DNA from: a virus
Taxonomy: Duplodnaviria; Caudoviricetes
Virus record (IMG/VR): IMGVR_UViG_3300042397_003635
Reading direction: 5' to 3' (one strand)
DNA length: 64,000 bases
Numbering within the stretch: the first letter of the stretch is position 1; the number at the start of each line of letters is the position of its first letter. The position numbers were made by a program, and so were the translations under genes. Below, in pieces: positions 28,014-39,800 of the stretch. The notes beneath the pieces are model-generated. The model worked only from the letters and a program-made list of their open reading frames with translations, had not been told where the DNA came from and did no database searches.

Positions 28014-29051
28014 TTACTGGAAGCTTTGATAGAAACCTCCACCGCTTGACATTCCACCACCACCAGAATAACCACCTGAATAGTAAGTTTCACCACCAGA
28101 ATAAGTAAAGGTTGAACTTGTAATTGGTGCAGTATAACTAAATACTAGATCAATTTCGGTAATCGTTTGATTTGATACGGCAGGGGTTGGGTTTGTACCT
28201 GATCCGATTAGTTCTTGATTAAATGGTATGCTTGTACTTTGTGAGCCGGTTGTCGGAGACTTTAACTGCCAATAAGAGAATGAATAACCAGAAGGAAGCG
28301 ACGAAGAAACTGATACGTTAACATTTTGACTATTACTAAAGGATCTGATAATTTGATTAGAGTTTCCAGATTGAGGAATACCTGCAAAACCATTTGATGT
28401 AATTGTAATGTATGAAGATAGAGTACTTGATGAAATTGATGCTCCAGTTGTTCTAATTAAATTTACTTTAAAAATACCTCCATAAAAAGTTGCAGCAGTC
28501 GCAGATGCGCCAACAGCAGGGGCATAATTTGCAGAAATAATTCTCCAAGTATAAGTTTGAGGAGTAGCTAATGCTCTAGATGTACGTTGACACTGAACGG
28601 TTACTGAGTTAATTGGAAGGTTTGCAACAGTTGTAATAGCAGCACTAGTTAAAGGAAGAGCCGATAAATTTATTACGGTTGTAGTATCATTACCTGATGT
28701 AAACTTAACTTCGATTGGCGAACTTTTTTGATTGACTAACACATAAGTTCTATGTAGAACGTCGGCAGTAGGCGGCGGTAGAACCATGCTAGTTATTGCA
28801 CTAGTTGATCCAGCGTATACAGCATAGTGTCCATTATTTAATTCTAATGCTCCAGTCTTTTCACTTCCAAAATAGGCGACAGATGGCAAACTTAATGATC
28901 CATTAAGCATAAAGTGCGAAGTTGGATTAGAAAGAACTGCATCCATGGTTGCATCTTCATAATAATTAAACTTACCAGCTGCCATTCTACCATCGCGGGT
29001 AACGGTAAATTTAATAGCTTTTAGTACGTTAGATAGACTTAATGTTTTCAT
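28014..29051 (-). CDS. Hypothetical Ser/Thr/Gly-rich structural protein
   Basis: 345 aa, beta-rich composition, Gly-rich C-terminus. Confidence 0.5.
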   Translation of the reverse strand: MKTLSLSNVLKAIKFTVTRDGRMAAGKFNYYEDATMDAVLSNPTSHFMLNGSLSLPSVAYFGSEKTGALELNNGHYAVYAGSTSAITSMVLPPPTADVLHRTYVLVNQKSSPIEVKFTSGNDTTTVINLSALPLTSAAITTVANLPINSVTVQCQRTSRALATPQTYTWRIISANYAPAVGASATAATFYGGIFKVNLIRTTGASISSSTLSSYITITSNGFAGIPQSGNSNQIIRSFSNSQNVNVSVSSSLPSGYSFSYWQLKSPTTGSQSTSIPFNQELIGSGTNPTPAVSNQTITEIDLVFSYTAPITSSTFTYSGGETYYSGGYSGGGGMSSGGGFYQSFQ

Positions 29052-29065
29052 TTGTTATGTGTATT

Positions 29066-29091
29066 TTATACTGACTCATTTAAATTTGTTG
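29066..29091 (-). promoter_or_regulatory. Weaker match CAAC-N16-GTATAA
   Basis: Same 16-nt spacing as the other instances, upstream of ATG 29051. Confidence 0.3.
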
Positions 29092-30703
29092 ATGATAAAG
29101 TTCCTACAAAGTCAACTAAAGCAGGATCGCTTGAATATGATAAGAAATGTAAACTACCATCTCTTGTTGTAATAAATGCAGAGCCAGTTCCAATTGTTCC
29201 AGTTGGATTATCATCTCTGTATGTAAAGTTCATATTACCATTATCATCAAAATAAGAGTTAAATCCAATATAGCTGGCAAGTTGTGAGGCAATTGCAACA
29301 TTCGCTGGAATAATTTCTCCTTGAGTTGTTAATAGAGGTCGACGCGGCTTAAATAATTCAGTAAGACCAGAACCAGATGTAGGCAAGCTGTTTTTTGTCA
29401 TTGAACCAATATTAACTTGGTCAGCTAAATATCTAGTATCGGAAACGCTATCAGTTGTACTTTTGGTTCCATATACAGTAACTGATGAATTTGGTGATCC
29501 ACCAAAACCTACCGCAGTTGTTTTATCATTTAGACCAAATCTTTTTGCAACAACCTTTTTGGTATCGTTAAGAGTTGATCCAAATACTCCAATTGAAATA
29601 TCACCAGATGCGCAAATATCAAATGCAGCCTTTGTAATAAGGTATGATATGTTTGAAGAATTTATACCTAGAGCTAATCTAGTCTTTGATGAAGCAGTTG
29701 CTCTTTCAATTAATAATCCATTTAGATCAAATGTTGCATCATTGTCAGCAAAGCTCTTAATTGCAGAAGAACCTCCAGTATAAAGAGTAACTCCATTATG
29801 TGCAGAACCATCCATTTGAGATGCCCTAAACTTAAACGCTGAGGTTGCACCATTTACTGAATTTGTATATGAAGAATCTCCACCTGCATTAAATTCAGAT
29901 AGGAAGTATGCAACCGAAGGACTTGCTGTTGTGTTATTAATTAGAGCGTGCTTAATTCTAAGGTTATTTTCGGCAGCGCTCATTTGATGTTGACCGTTTT
30001 GCAATTTATACAAAGATCCAAGTTGAATGTGGTATCTACTTGCAGATTCATCGGAAGTTGTTACAAAGTTAGAATAAATTGTAGTAATTGCTTTGCTGAC
30101 ATCTCCAATAAGAGCGTCTACACTGCTATTTGCAACAAAATTATTTTTGTAAACGTCTAAATCGAAGTTATTTAAAAATAAAGTTGAATTAGTATAAGTA
30201 GAAGAAGAACTTCCATAATTAATTCCGTCTGGGTTGACATCGGCTAAGTCTGCGCCAGCATTTTTAAGAAATCTAACAATTCCATAGTTCTTTTTCTTGG
30301 TGCTTGCAGTAAAGTTTGAGTCATTGTCGCTAATCGTAAATAGTTGCTTATTTAAGAAAAATTCAGTAGAGACTGCTAATAGGTCATTTATATTAAATAT
30401 TTGTGACCAGGCATTAGTAGTTTTTGTGTAGAATTTACCGCCAGTTGTAATAAAAATATCGTCGACTACCGCTGTAGTATTTGTGGTTTGATCGGCTCCA
30501 CTAAATATTCTAGAACCCTTTACTCCTCTAGGTCCGATTGGGCCAGCTGGGCCAACTCCGCCGGTTGCTCCGGCAGGGCCGCTTGGACCGACTGCGCCAA
30601 TTCCAAGCTCAATTAACTTCGTAAAGTTAAAATTTAGTTTGTCTGCCAATACGGCTTGGTTATCTGTTGTAAAAACCTCTTTAAGATTTAATTGTACTGG
30701 CAT
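29066..30703 (-). CDS. Structural protein with short collagen-like repeat
   Basis: MPVQLNLKEVFTTDN...DKLNFNF then GAVGPSGPAGATGGVGPAGPIGPRGVKGS (~30513..30599). Confidence 0.6.
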   Translation of the reverse strand: MPVQLNLKEVFTTDNQAVLADKLNFNFTKLIELGIGAVGPSGPAGATGGVGPAGPIGPRGVKGSRIFSGADQTTNTTAVVDDIFITTGGKFYTKTTNAWSQIFNINDLLAVSTEFFLNKQLFTISDNDSNFTASTKKKNYGIVRFLKNAGADLADVNPDGINYGSSSSTYTNSTLFLNNFDLDVYKNNFVANSSVDALIGDVSKAITTIYSNFVTTSDESASRYHIQLGSLYKLQNGQHQMSAAENNLRIKHALINNTTASPSVAYFLSEFNAGGDSSYTNSVNGATSAFKFRASQMDGSAHNGVTLYTGGSSAIKSFADNDATFDLNGLLIERATASSKTRLALGINSSNISYLITKAAFDICASGDISIGVFGSTLNDTKKVVAKRFGLNDKTTAVGFGGSPNSSVTVYGTKSTTDSVSDTRYLADQVNIGSMTKNSLPTSGSGLTELFKPRRPLLTTQGEIIPANVAIASQLASYIGFNSYFDDNGNMNFTYRDDNPTGTIGTGSAFITTRDGSLHFLSYSSDPALVDFVGTLSSTNLNESV

Positions 30704-30705
30704 TT

Positions 30706-33700
30706 TTAAATAAATTTCATTTTTGGTTCAATAATTAAACTCAACTTACCGGTAGTTTTTAGAGGAACTCTTAACTGAACGGCTAGTCCGTTTTTAATAT
30801 TTATTTGAACTCCTTCCAGCTTCTTATATCCTAACGCGTAGCGTTCGGCAGCAGTCTTAGTAACTATTTCTAGACCAGTAGGCTTGCCTTTATCTTCTAC
30901 ATACCAAATAGCTAATTGGTCTATTGCATAGGTTGGAAGAATATTTTCGATTGCATATTGTTTAACATATGAGGTAAAATCATAGGCGCCTAATAATTCT
31001 GGGTTTCTAACAGTTGGGTCAATGTTAAAACTAGATAAAATTTTAGCTTCTAGCCCAAGATCCATTACTTTTTTAGTAAAGACATTTGTTAAATTTATAT
31101 CAAGTTGAGCATCCGTTGTATTTACTTTATACAAAACGTCAAAGTCTCTATTAATGTAATCAGTTGAAATTGAAGGAAACTCGGTAACTTCCTTTGAAGT
31201 AACTGTGTCTATTTCAATTGAAGTCGGTAATGAAGCAAGTTTTGCCATGAAATATGAGTCTTCTGCAATTCGTCTGGTACCAAATGCTGGAACAGATTCA
31301 GTTTTATTAATATATTCTAAATGGAATCCATAATCCCAGTTTGATGCTAATAAGTATAGATCTCCGCTTGAAATTGGGGTTTCTCCAATTAACTCAAACA
31401 TTGGTTTATATTTGTCATTACCTTCAAGTTCCAAAATCTTCTTTTCTGAAACTTTAATATGTTCAAATCCTTTAACTTCAAAAAATCGGTTTGCAATTGG
31501 ATTAAATTTACAATTAGCGTCCTTAACCTCTTCTGAATTCAAGGTCGTATCTGGCATAAACGCGGTAATTTCTCTAAATATTGGAGAGTATGTCGATCCA
31601 TGTCTTCTTAAATATATTGGATTTTGTAAATAGGACTCAGTTGCAGTATACCCAACTAAATTAGAAGCCTGTCTTTTACTTGTAGTATCAGCTTGTGTCA
31701 ATTGAATATTAACTGGAGAAACGGTTGGAATCTTTAATTTTTCAACAATAGTTGCTTCTTCTAACTCAATATAAAATTCATTTGTACTTACAGTTCCATT
31801 AGAATATGTAGTATATGTAATGTTGGAACGGCTTCTTTCAATTGATCGCTTAAAGTCATTAAAACTTAGTCTTTTAAATAAGCCCTTATAATAAGAGTCG
31901 CCGCCTAATAAGAACGCAAAATTAATTGATTCCCAATGGCTTGTATCTAAAGAAGGAATAGTAGACTCTCTCTTAATAATTTTATCAATGTTAAATGTAG
32001 TAGTTCCAGCTGAAGTTTTTGAAACAGGTAAGCCAGTAAATAGCATTTCCCCTATTCCAGCATTAGATGACATAACTATTCCATTTGGTAAGATTTCAGA
32101 AATGCCCGAGTAGTTATCTAGCCTATAGATAACTTGATCAATTATTCTAAGTAATCTTTTATTAGTATCTCCGGCATAAGGCAAAATATTAAATGTTGAA
32201 TTTGTTTCGGATGCCAATAGCTGAGCGTTTGGATAAGTATATCCAGTTGCACCAGTTGAAGTATTCTTCAATTCTAAGATATCGATAACGTTTATTAGAG
32301 AAGAACTTGCAGAGGCTACTCTATTTTGAGTTGCAATCGCATGTTTAATTTCAGCTTGATAAAAATCTGCTGATGCAGCCGCTGCCTTTTGGAAAAATTT
32401 AATACCTACTGGAGAAGATGTTACTGTTGCATTAGCGGAAAGAGTTATCTTTGGCCTGGTTTGGCCGTTTGTATCAAGAACAGTATTATCAACTGCAACG
32501 ATGTACGCCCCAGCTGGAATACCTGTACCTGTTACATAAACCTTATTAGATGCGTTGTAGTTTTGACCAGATGGATCTCCGTATGAGGTCACATCTAAAT
32601 TTATTCCGTCTAATAAGTAAATATCTGGGCTACCTGAAGTTAATTCAGCAACCTGATTTTGTTTAGCAATATTGGATAAAATTGGTTTACTTATTGTTAA
32701 GGTAGTTCCACTAATTGCAGTAACGGTTGTACCAAATTGAGTCCATCCGGTAATTCCAACCTCTGCTCCAATTAAAATTGGAGTTGCTGGAGTTGCGCTT
32801 AGTATAATGGTAGAAGAACCTGCTTCAACACTTGCTGTAAGAGGAGTTGGTGTAACGGCGCTTCCGGTTATAGCGATTTGATTAACAAACGAATACTTAA
32901 TACTATTAGACGTAACTAAACGATCTTTAATAAATGGATATAAACTTAAACCTGATGCCAAGTAGGAATTATTCTCAGTTGTGGTAATACCTTGGCTAGT
33001 TCCGCCTGGGAGAGTAACTATATTAATTGCTTGACCCTGTCCGTTTGATCCTAATCCATTTGCGTCAATAGGGAATTCAATTGTATAATAATCAAATGCG
33101 GCTGTACCAAACACTTTAGTTGAAGTATTATCTTTAAATGATAACATACTGTTTTCATTAACTCGACTAATTTCATCTACGATTTGAATGTCTGTGCCCT
33201 TATCGATTGAAAATATAAATGGAAGACCTCTATCTCCATAATTAGTAGGTAATGATAGGTCAAAACTATTTACTAGATTTATACTACTAAAGCTGGCTGG
33301 TAAAGTATTATACTTTTTGTTTTTAGCATAATACATAAATGCAAGGGTAATATCAGAAATTGGTTTATTTCCAGCTGGAGTAGGTGCTGAATTTATATTA
33401 ATTTTGTAATCAGCAAAAGAGTTGTTTATATTATTAAATACATGGTCTTCGGTTGGAGCAAGTCCGCCCGTTTTAGTTACAATTAGGCTTTTAGGAGAAT
33501 CGACTAAGCTAGAAACTTTTTTGTTTAATCTTAATTCAATTACCAATGTAATAAATTTAAAATCTCTAGATTCAATAAATTTAAATTGAATTGGGTTTTC
33601 TCCAGAATATGGAGTATCTTCAATTACCTTTAATATTGAAGTAAATCTATAGTCATTAAATCTATTTGATTCCCGAACATATTTAAGTGCTCCAGACAAT

Positions 33701-36700
33701 TCTTTTTCTGTAGTATTTGGAACAACTTCTTTAAAAACAAATTTAATTCCTTTAAAAATAGTTTTAGCAAGTCCAGTCAATTTATCCTTTTTAACTTGAG
33801 AAAAACGATATTGTGTTCTGGCACAAGGAGTTAATACTGAATTATTTAAATAACTTGGAGTAAAAATAAAATAATCTTCAAAATATCCTTCTTGTGTTAC
33901 TGCTAATGTTGGATCAAATGGCGTATCAAAATATAATTTATTTTGAGAGGCGGCTGTTATGTCATGAACATAGTCATATAGCGATTCAATATAAAACCAC
34001 TCATGTGTCATTAAACTTGAATCTGGTTCAGCCTTATTTGGTTCAGGCGAAAAATTATTTACACCAAATACTGTATCAGCATTAAGTCGATATGGATTTG
34101 ATCTAGAATCAAGTGAACCGTCTGCACCCCATTTACAAATGTATTTAACTAGACGGTTTTTTCCAGCGTTTTCCAATAAGAATCTTTCATAGTTGGAATC
34201 GTATTCAGATGAGATTTTTCCACTAGTAAATCTATCTCGATAAATATATGCGTTTGTCTTAGATGGACTCAATTCAGCATAATCGGATGTGATTGTAAAA
34301 AATCCTTTAAAATCTAGAATATCTGGAGTTTCCTCAGCTAACTCTACGTCATATGTTGGAGTTAATGTAGATAAAGCTGGAATAACAAATGGATCTCCAG
34401 TTATTTTTGAAAAACTAACAATGGTTGAGTTAGAGGTTTTTTCAATTAGATCGCCGTCTTCATATACAGTTGATCCAATTTTAATAGTTCCATTTAGAAC
34501 TCTATATGCAGATTTTCCTAGATTAATCATATTTACACCCTCTGGTATAAAGGCAGATTTCCAAACATCACTTAATTGAACTGATGCATATTGACTATCA
34601 ATATGATCAAAGTCAAAGTCTTTAATTGGTATAATTGATAGAGCGCTTACGTTAGGTTTAAACTTCTTTTTAAATTGGACTAGTCCAAACTTTAATAAGG
34701 CTTCTGTGCCAGCTTCAGTTAAAATGTTTATATTATTGTCGTAATAATTAACTGCAAATATTTTATCAACCTCAGTCGTAAATGTATTTTCACTAATATA
34801 GTCGATGCTCTTTACAATATTTTCTATTTCAACCCAACCTGATGGAGATTGAACTAAGATATCTGCTTTGTTTGCATGCAATTTTTCAAAATATTGTCCA
34901 TCTACTGAAATGTGAGAAGATAAAGCTGAACCTGGCTCAAAATTTACAACTGGACAGCCAATAATAATAGTTTGATCTAAATTACCGATACCAAATGTTA
35001 ATGTTTTAACTCCAGCGTCAGCGATTAAAGAACCTAACATATAATTAGTTTGGTTAACACTTGGCTGAGCTTCACCATAAACAATATAATCGCTTGCGGT
35101 TAGGTCGATTGTTGTACTATTATTTGTTCCTAATAACTCGGCAGCAGTTTTTCTAAATTCTGGAGAATCTGATATTAAAATCTTTGGCTCATCCGTTGAT
35201 GGAATATATTGAGCAGCATATTCTAGAGAAACATTACCTTCAGTATTTACAACAATAAAAACTCTATTGTCTTGTGAGTATGCCTTAAATCCACTGTTTT
35301 GGATAGCATTAATTGCTAAAGTTAAAGATTCTGCAATTTGATGTAAATTAGTTTCTAAATCCTCTTGTGAAACTACGTCAACACTATAGAAAAATTGATC
35401 TGGGCCAAACTCGTTATAGACTGCAAGCGCATCTAAAACTGGAGAACCTCCATAAGAGAATCCTGAAACCGCACTAAGCGTTTCATATCTTTTAGAATTT
35501 TGATTTGTTGATTTTCCATTAGGATAATATATTCTAATTTGATCTAGATGGTTTGGTATATCGTTAATAGTAATTTCAATAAATGAACGAATTCCGCCCT
35601 TAGTGTAGTCGGCCGAATCTTCCATAAAAGTCTCAGTCGGTCCATGTAATAGAGATAAGTCAATAGATTTACTTGAAATCTTTAATTTAGAATTTGCAAT
35701 ATCTACTTGTGAAATTTTATGTAAATTTCCAGACTTATCTTCAATTGAAAGAATACCGGCTCCGCCTAATTCAGTTAATGCAGCAGAAACTGATTGTGGA
35801 ATAGAATGAAATTTTAGGTCTAACCCAGCAGAGTTAGTTTGAATAAATTGAAGTTGAGCATATTCATAAGCATTTGGATTAGTTATACCTGGAGTATTTA
35901 ATCCCAATGCCGCATGATCACTTAAATCAAAGTCTAATTCAGCTAAATCGACAGTATTACAATACATTCCAAAATATCTGTTAAATTCAAAGTCATCTGA
36001 AGAATCTTCAAATAAAAACTCTAAATTTAAAATATATGGATAAATTATTGAATTCCTTTCATATCCAAGAGTTACGTATTCTTCAAAATCAGTAAGGGTT
36101 TTTCCTCCAATAATTAATTCTTGTAAATTCTCAAACTTTTCAGTATAACATCCAACTTTATATGCTATACCTGAATAAGAAGACAATAATCCTCGGTTAA
36201 ATGGAAAATTTAAAGTATTTTCTGGAAAAAGCTGATTACTCTGCATTTTTTTAATATACTTTCCTATGTTAGAATCTACTCCAAGATCAAAGGTTTTAAT
36301 AATCTGCGCTGTATTTAATAAACTTGCAAGGTGCGTAGTTTTATTATATGGATAGCTATCTTTTGTTTCGGAGATTGGCAAATTACTTGCACCAGGTATT
36401 TTAAATATTACAAATTTTTCTGGAATTTCTTTATTTAGATAAATTGGTGCAAAGTATTTAAATTTCTCAGAATAATTTTTAGAAATGCAATATCTTGCAC
36501 CAGAAAAATATTCAGAAAAATCGTATTGGTCTGCAAAATTAGCAGATGTTGCATTTAATGAAACATTGGTTTTTACATCAAACACAATAGACTCTGGTGT
36601 ATTACCATTACTAAAAAATCTATATAAGTTCGAATCATGATGAGAAGTTGGGTCAATTGGATAAGCTTTATACTTATCTTTAGCCAATTCCGTATTTGCA

Positions 36701-36831
36701 TCAATTGATTCAAAAAATAAATTTTGACCAGAATCTATTACTAACTTAACATTTCCGGTAAGTTTAGGGTTTGTTCTGACCAATCCAAATGATGTGTCAA
36801 AGGGTGTAATCTTTTTATAAGATAATGCCAC
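30706..36831 (-). CDS. Very large putative baseplate/tail structural protein
   Basis: 2041 aa, GTG start, within the late minus-strand block; no specific family recognised. Confidence 0.5.
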   Translation of the reverse strand: MALSYKKITPFDTSFGLVRTNPKLTGNVKLVIDSGQNLFFESIDANTELAKDKYKAYPIDPTSHHDSNLYRFFSNGNTPESIVFDVKTNVSLNATSANFADQYDFSEYFSGARYCISKNYSEKFKYFAPIYLNKEIPEKFVIFKIPGASNLPISETKDSYPYNKTTHLASLLNTAQIIKTFDLGVDSNIGKYIKKMQSNQLFPENTLNFPFNRGLLSSYSGIAYKVGCYTEKFENLQELIIGGKTLTDFEEYVTLGYERNSIIYPYILNLEFLFEDSSDDFEFNRYFGMYCNTVDLAELDFDLSDHAALGLNTPGITNPNAYEYAQLQFIQTNSAGLDLKFHSIPQSVSAALTELGGAGILSIEDKSGNLHKISQVDIANSKLKISSKSIDLSLLHGPTETFMEDSADYTKGGIRSFIEITINDIPNHLDQIRIYYPNGKSTNQNSKRYETLSAVSGFSYGGSPVLDALAVYNEFGPDQFFYSVDVVSQEDLETNLHQIAESLTLAINAIQNSGFKAYSQDNRVFIVVNTEGNVSLEYAAQYIPSTDEPKILISDSPEFRKTAAELLGTNNSTTIDLTASDYIVYGEAQPSVNQTNYMLGSLIADAGVKTLTFGIGNLDQTIIIGCPVVNFEPGSALSSHISVDGQYFEKLHANKADILVQSPSGWVEIENIVKSIDYISENTFTTEVDKIFAVNYYDNNINILTEAGTEALLKFGLVQFKKKFKPNVSALSIIPIKDFDFDHIDSQYASVQLSDVWKSAFIPEGVNMINLGKSAYRVLNGTIKIGSTVYEDGDLIEKTSNSTIVSFSKITGDPFVIPALSTLTPTYDVELAEETPDILDFKGFFTITSDYAELSPSKTNAYIYRDRFTSGKISSEYDSNYERFLLENAGKNRLVKYICKWGADGSLDSRSNPYRLNADTVFGVNNFSPEPNKAEPDSSLMTHEWFYIESLYDYVHDITAASQNKLYFDTPFDPTLAVTQEGYFEDYFIFTPSYLNNSVLTPCARTQYRFSQVKKDKLTGLAKTIFKGIKFVFKEVVPNTTEKELSGALKYVRESNRFNDYRFTSILKVIEDTPYSGENPIQFKFIESRDFKFITLVIELRLNKKVSSLVDSPKSLIVTKTGGLAPTEDHVFNNINNSFADYKININSAPTPAGNKPISDITLAFMYYAKNKKYNTLPASFSSINLVNSFDLSLPTNYGDRGLPFIFSIDKGTDIQIVDEISRVNENSMLSFKDNTSTKVFGTAAFDYYTIEFPIDANGLGSNGQGQAINIVTLPGGTSQGITTTENNSYLASGLSLYPFIKDRLVTSNSIKYSFVNQIAITGSAVTPTPLTASVEAGSSTIILSATPATPILIGAEVGITGWTQFGTTVTAISGTTLTISKPILSNIAKQNQVAELTSGSPDIYLLDGINLDVTSYGDPSGQNYNASNKVYVTGTGIPAGAYIVAVDNTVLDTNGQTRPKITLSANATVTSSPVGIKFFQKAAAASADFYQAEIKHAIATQNRVASASSSLINVIDILELKNTSTGATGYTYPNAQLLASETNSTFNILPYAGDTNKRLLRIIDQVIYRLDNYSGISEILPNGIVMSSNAGIGEMLFTGLPVSKTSAGTTTFNIDKIIKRESTIPSLDTSHWESINFAFLLGGDSYYKGLFKRLSFNDFKRSIERSRSNITYTTYSNGTVSTNEFYIELEEATIVEKLKIPTVSPVNIQLTQADTTSKRQASNLVGYTATESYLQNPIYLRRHGSTYSPIFREITAFMPDTTLNSEEVKDANCKFNPIANRFFEVKGFEHIKVSEKKILELEGNDKYKPMFELIGETPISSGDLYLLASNWDYGFHLEYINKTESVPAFGTRRIAEDSYFMAKLASLPTSIEIDTVTSKEVTEFPSISTDYINRDFDVLYKVNTTDAQLDINLTNVFTKKVMDLGLEAKILSSFNIDPTVRNPELLGAYDFTSYVKQYAIENILPTYAIDQLAIWYVEDKGKPTGLEIVTKTAAERYALGYKKLEGVQINIKNGLAVQLRVPLKTTGKLSLIIEPKMKFI

Positions 36832-36853
36832 GTGATTCTACTTAATTTTTATA

Positions 36854-39800
36854 TTACATAAAATTAGTGATAGAAGAATTCATGGATAAATCAAATGCTG
36901 AGTTTTTAAGAATATCAGTTAAATCTGATATGTAAACTCCGCCACCGCCTCCGCCACCAGATGAAACTGGCGTAAATATAGTTGGCGATGTAATAATTGT
37001 ATCACGCTGATGCTTACCACTAACTTGAATATCAAATTCAAACAATCCACTTTTTGTGTAAATGTCCAATCCGATAATTTTTGTATATGTAATGTTGGTT
37101 AATTTTTGACCGGTTGACCAGCCTCCAATTTCACCGATTTTATCAGTTGTTCTAAATTGAAAAACTACTGGCACTGTTATTGAAGCAGCCGATCCAGCCA
37201 TAACTGTACGTTTAGATGATCTAGCGTTTGAACCATCTACTGAAATTGATGCATAAGATTGTGGCATCATAAACAAATATGCACCACAGGTCTTTTTACC
37301 AATTAAGTAATCATCGCCAGTACCAAATCCCAACTTAATTGGAAAAGTATTTAGGGCAGTATATAGCGCTCCGCCATATGCAGATGGCGAAACTGGTGTA
37401 ACTCTTTCCGCTTGAGCATAATATGGTACGCCAAATTCGTTTGTTCCAGCTTCGACGCTTGTATTAAAGTGAATAGCTTGAGAAAACGGTAAATACTTTT
37501 GAGCAGTACTTGTTATAGTATTATTAGAAAATTCGTAAATAGAATTTGTAGTTAATCCTAAGAAAATATTGTTAATTGTTGCAGTAGACGGAGATGCAAC
37601 TGTACCTAATACAGAAAAATACGGGTGGTCTTTATGAATACAAAACTCAGTATAGGTTCCATTTCCTTGACCTACACCATTTGTTACGGAACCGTTCCAA
37701 ACTTCAATTGCAGATCCTCCAGATGGAATTGATGGTAAGTAGTGTCCTCCCATATAATTAGGCTTTCCAGAAACTGCGTTTGCTGATTGACTAAACGCAT
37801 AGTTTTGGTTTGTAAAATATGAAGAAGGATTGGTGTTAGATCCAAATGCTGATGTATCTAATAGGTCACCATAATATAATCTCTTTCCATTATCTGAGTT
37901 ATAATATCTAGCATAGACGTATTGGCTTTTTACTTGAGCAGATTGATATCCTGTTCTTTGAGTAAATGCCGCAAAGCCTGCGCTAGCAACTCCATTTAAG
38001 TTTAATGGAATCTTATCATATCTTAGATATGCATTGTATTGAGTATCTGTGTTTGCTCCTGGGAAAGAAGTTGGTGCAGCAACTCCAATACCTCCACCTA
38101 GAGTTGAAACTAGTTCAAGCGGAGTTTGTGAAGCATTTCTAATCTTTACTTGATATTCCTTTGATACAATTTTTCCCTTATCTAATGCGCCATCTGCTAA
38201 TTTAGCAGAGTCTACATAATATCCGGCGAATAGATCAACCATTTGACCATTTGTAACCTGAACTTCACTTCCTTCTGGTGTAACAATACTAACAATAAGT
38301 TCAGCAGTTGCAGTTGAAAGAGATGATTGAATTGCAGAAAGAGAATCAGCAATTTCCTTTAATTTATCATATAAAGAAATTGCAGTACCGTCTGCTAAGA
38401 AAAATCCAGATGCAATTGCATCAGTTGTATGTGAATAGTATTTGTCTTTACTACTAAACGCGGTTGATAGGTGAAGGTCTAACCCTCTAGCATTAAGTTC
38501 TTCTTGTAAAGCAATTCGACTTTCATCTGCCATTGCCTGTTGAGCAATCAAAGTATTTTCTTCAGACGATTGAATATTTGCTGGAAAATCTATAGTAATA
38601 GATTCTGACCAATCCGATTCAACTGGATTATCAGGAAAACCTGCTTCAGATAAAGATTTAATTTTAATTTCTACAGATTCCCCTTTTCTAATTGCAATTT
38701 CTAATTGGTTAATGTTAACCGAATTTGGATCAGCTACATTTTCCTCTGTCCATTCATATAGGCCAGTTGTTGAATTATAAACCTTTTGTTTAGATTTAGT
38801 TAAAACTTCTGTCCATGGAGAAAAATATCCAGTACGTTGAGTTCCAGTAGAATCAGTAAATGTAATAGGATCAGCTGCGGATGCATCTTTATTTGAACTT
38901 AAATATCGGTAAGCAATCTTAAACTGCACAGTTTTCTGTAAGCCATATGGCGAATTAATATCTGCTGGAATTTCCCAAAAACCTCTAACTCTATATTTAG
39001 GTGAAATGCTAAACTCAGGAGAAGTTTTTACATTTAATGAAAGTTCTTTAACTACAGTTGATAGCTGAGAAAAGGCTTGTGCTCTAGCTGAAGTTTTATT
39101 GTTTAAATCAGACTGAGCTTTTAAACGAATTGCATCGTTTTGGTTACCCGAAGAATTAATAGTTTTCTTAAGAGTATCAATCGATTTATCAAGCTCTCTT
39201 AGATTAGAGTTAATTGACTCTTTTTGCGAAACTAGATTTTTAACAGTTGATGCAGAATCAGTATTTGTTACATGAGAATCAATTTGTAAAACTTTAAAAT
39301 TTGCAGCATTTAATGCTGGGGCATTCGGTTGAAATCCTAATGAGTTAGGAAGTTTCTTTTCTTTAGCAAATGATAAAAATAGTAAACCAAAATCTGCTAC
39401 AAAGTTATTATAGTATTCGTTTAGGGTTAAGTTTTGACCAGTTTGTAGAGTAATTTGAAGTTCATTTGTATAAATTCCAAAACCACTAGAAATAAAATCT
39501 ACAGTTAAGTCCATTTTTGAACTAATTGGTTTGATGAAAATTACTTCTCTTTCATTATAACCAATATTTACTGCAAGAATAGGTGAACGGTATATTTCCG
39601 GTTTAATTCTTAGGTTTTCAAATAAAACAATACCATCTGAACCAAATACGCGTTTTAAAATAACTGACTTGTCTTTAGTATCAACTGATTCAACTAAATA
39701 TTCTGAATTTTCTTCAGTAATTAATCTTGAGCCAACTGATAATTCTCGGCGCTGTGCCGCTGGAGTAGATCCAGTAACATCAGTATAGTCTAATCTATCT

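Noticed and set aside
28013-28096. N-terminal extension of the NTase ORF to 28096
   Set aside because: It overlaps the 3' end of 28014..29051; the ATG at 28012, right after that stop, is the more plausible start
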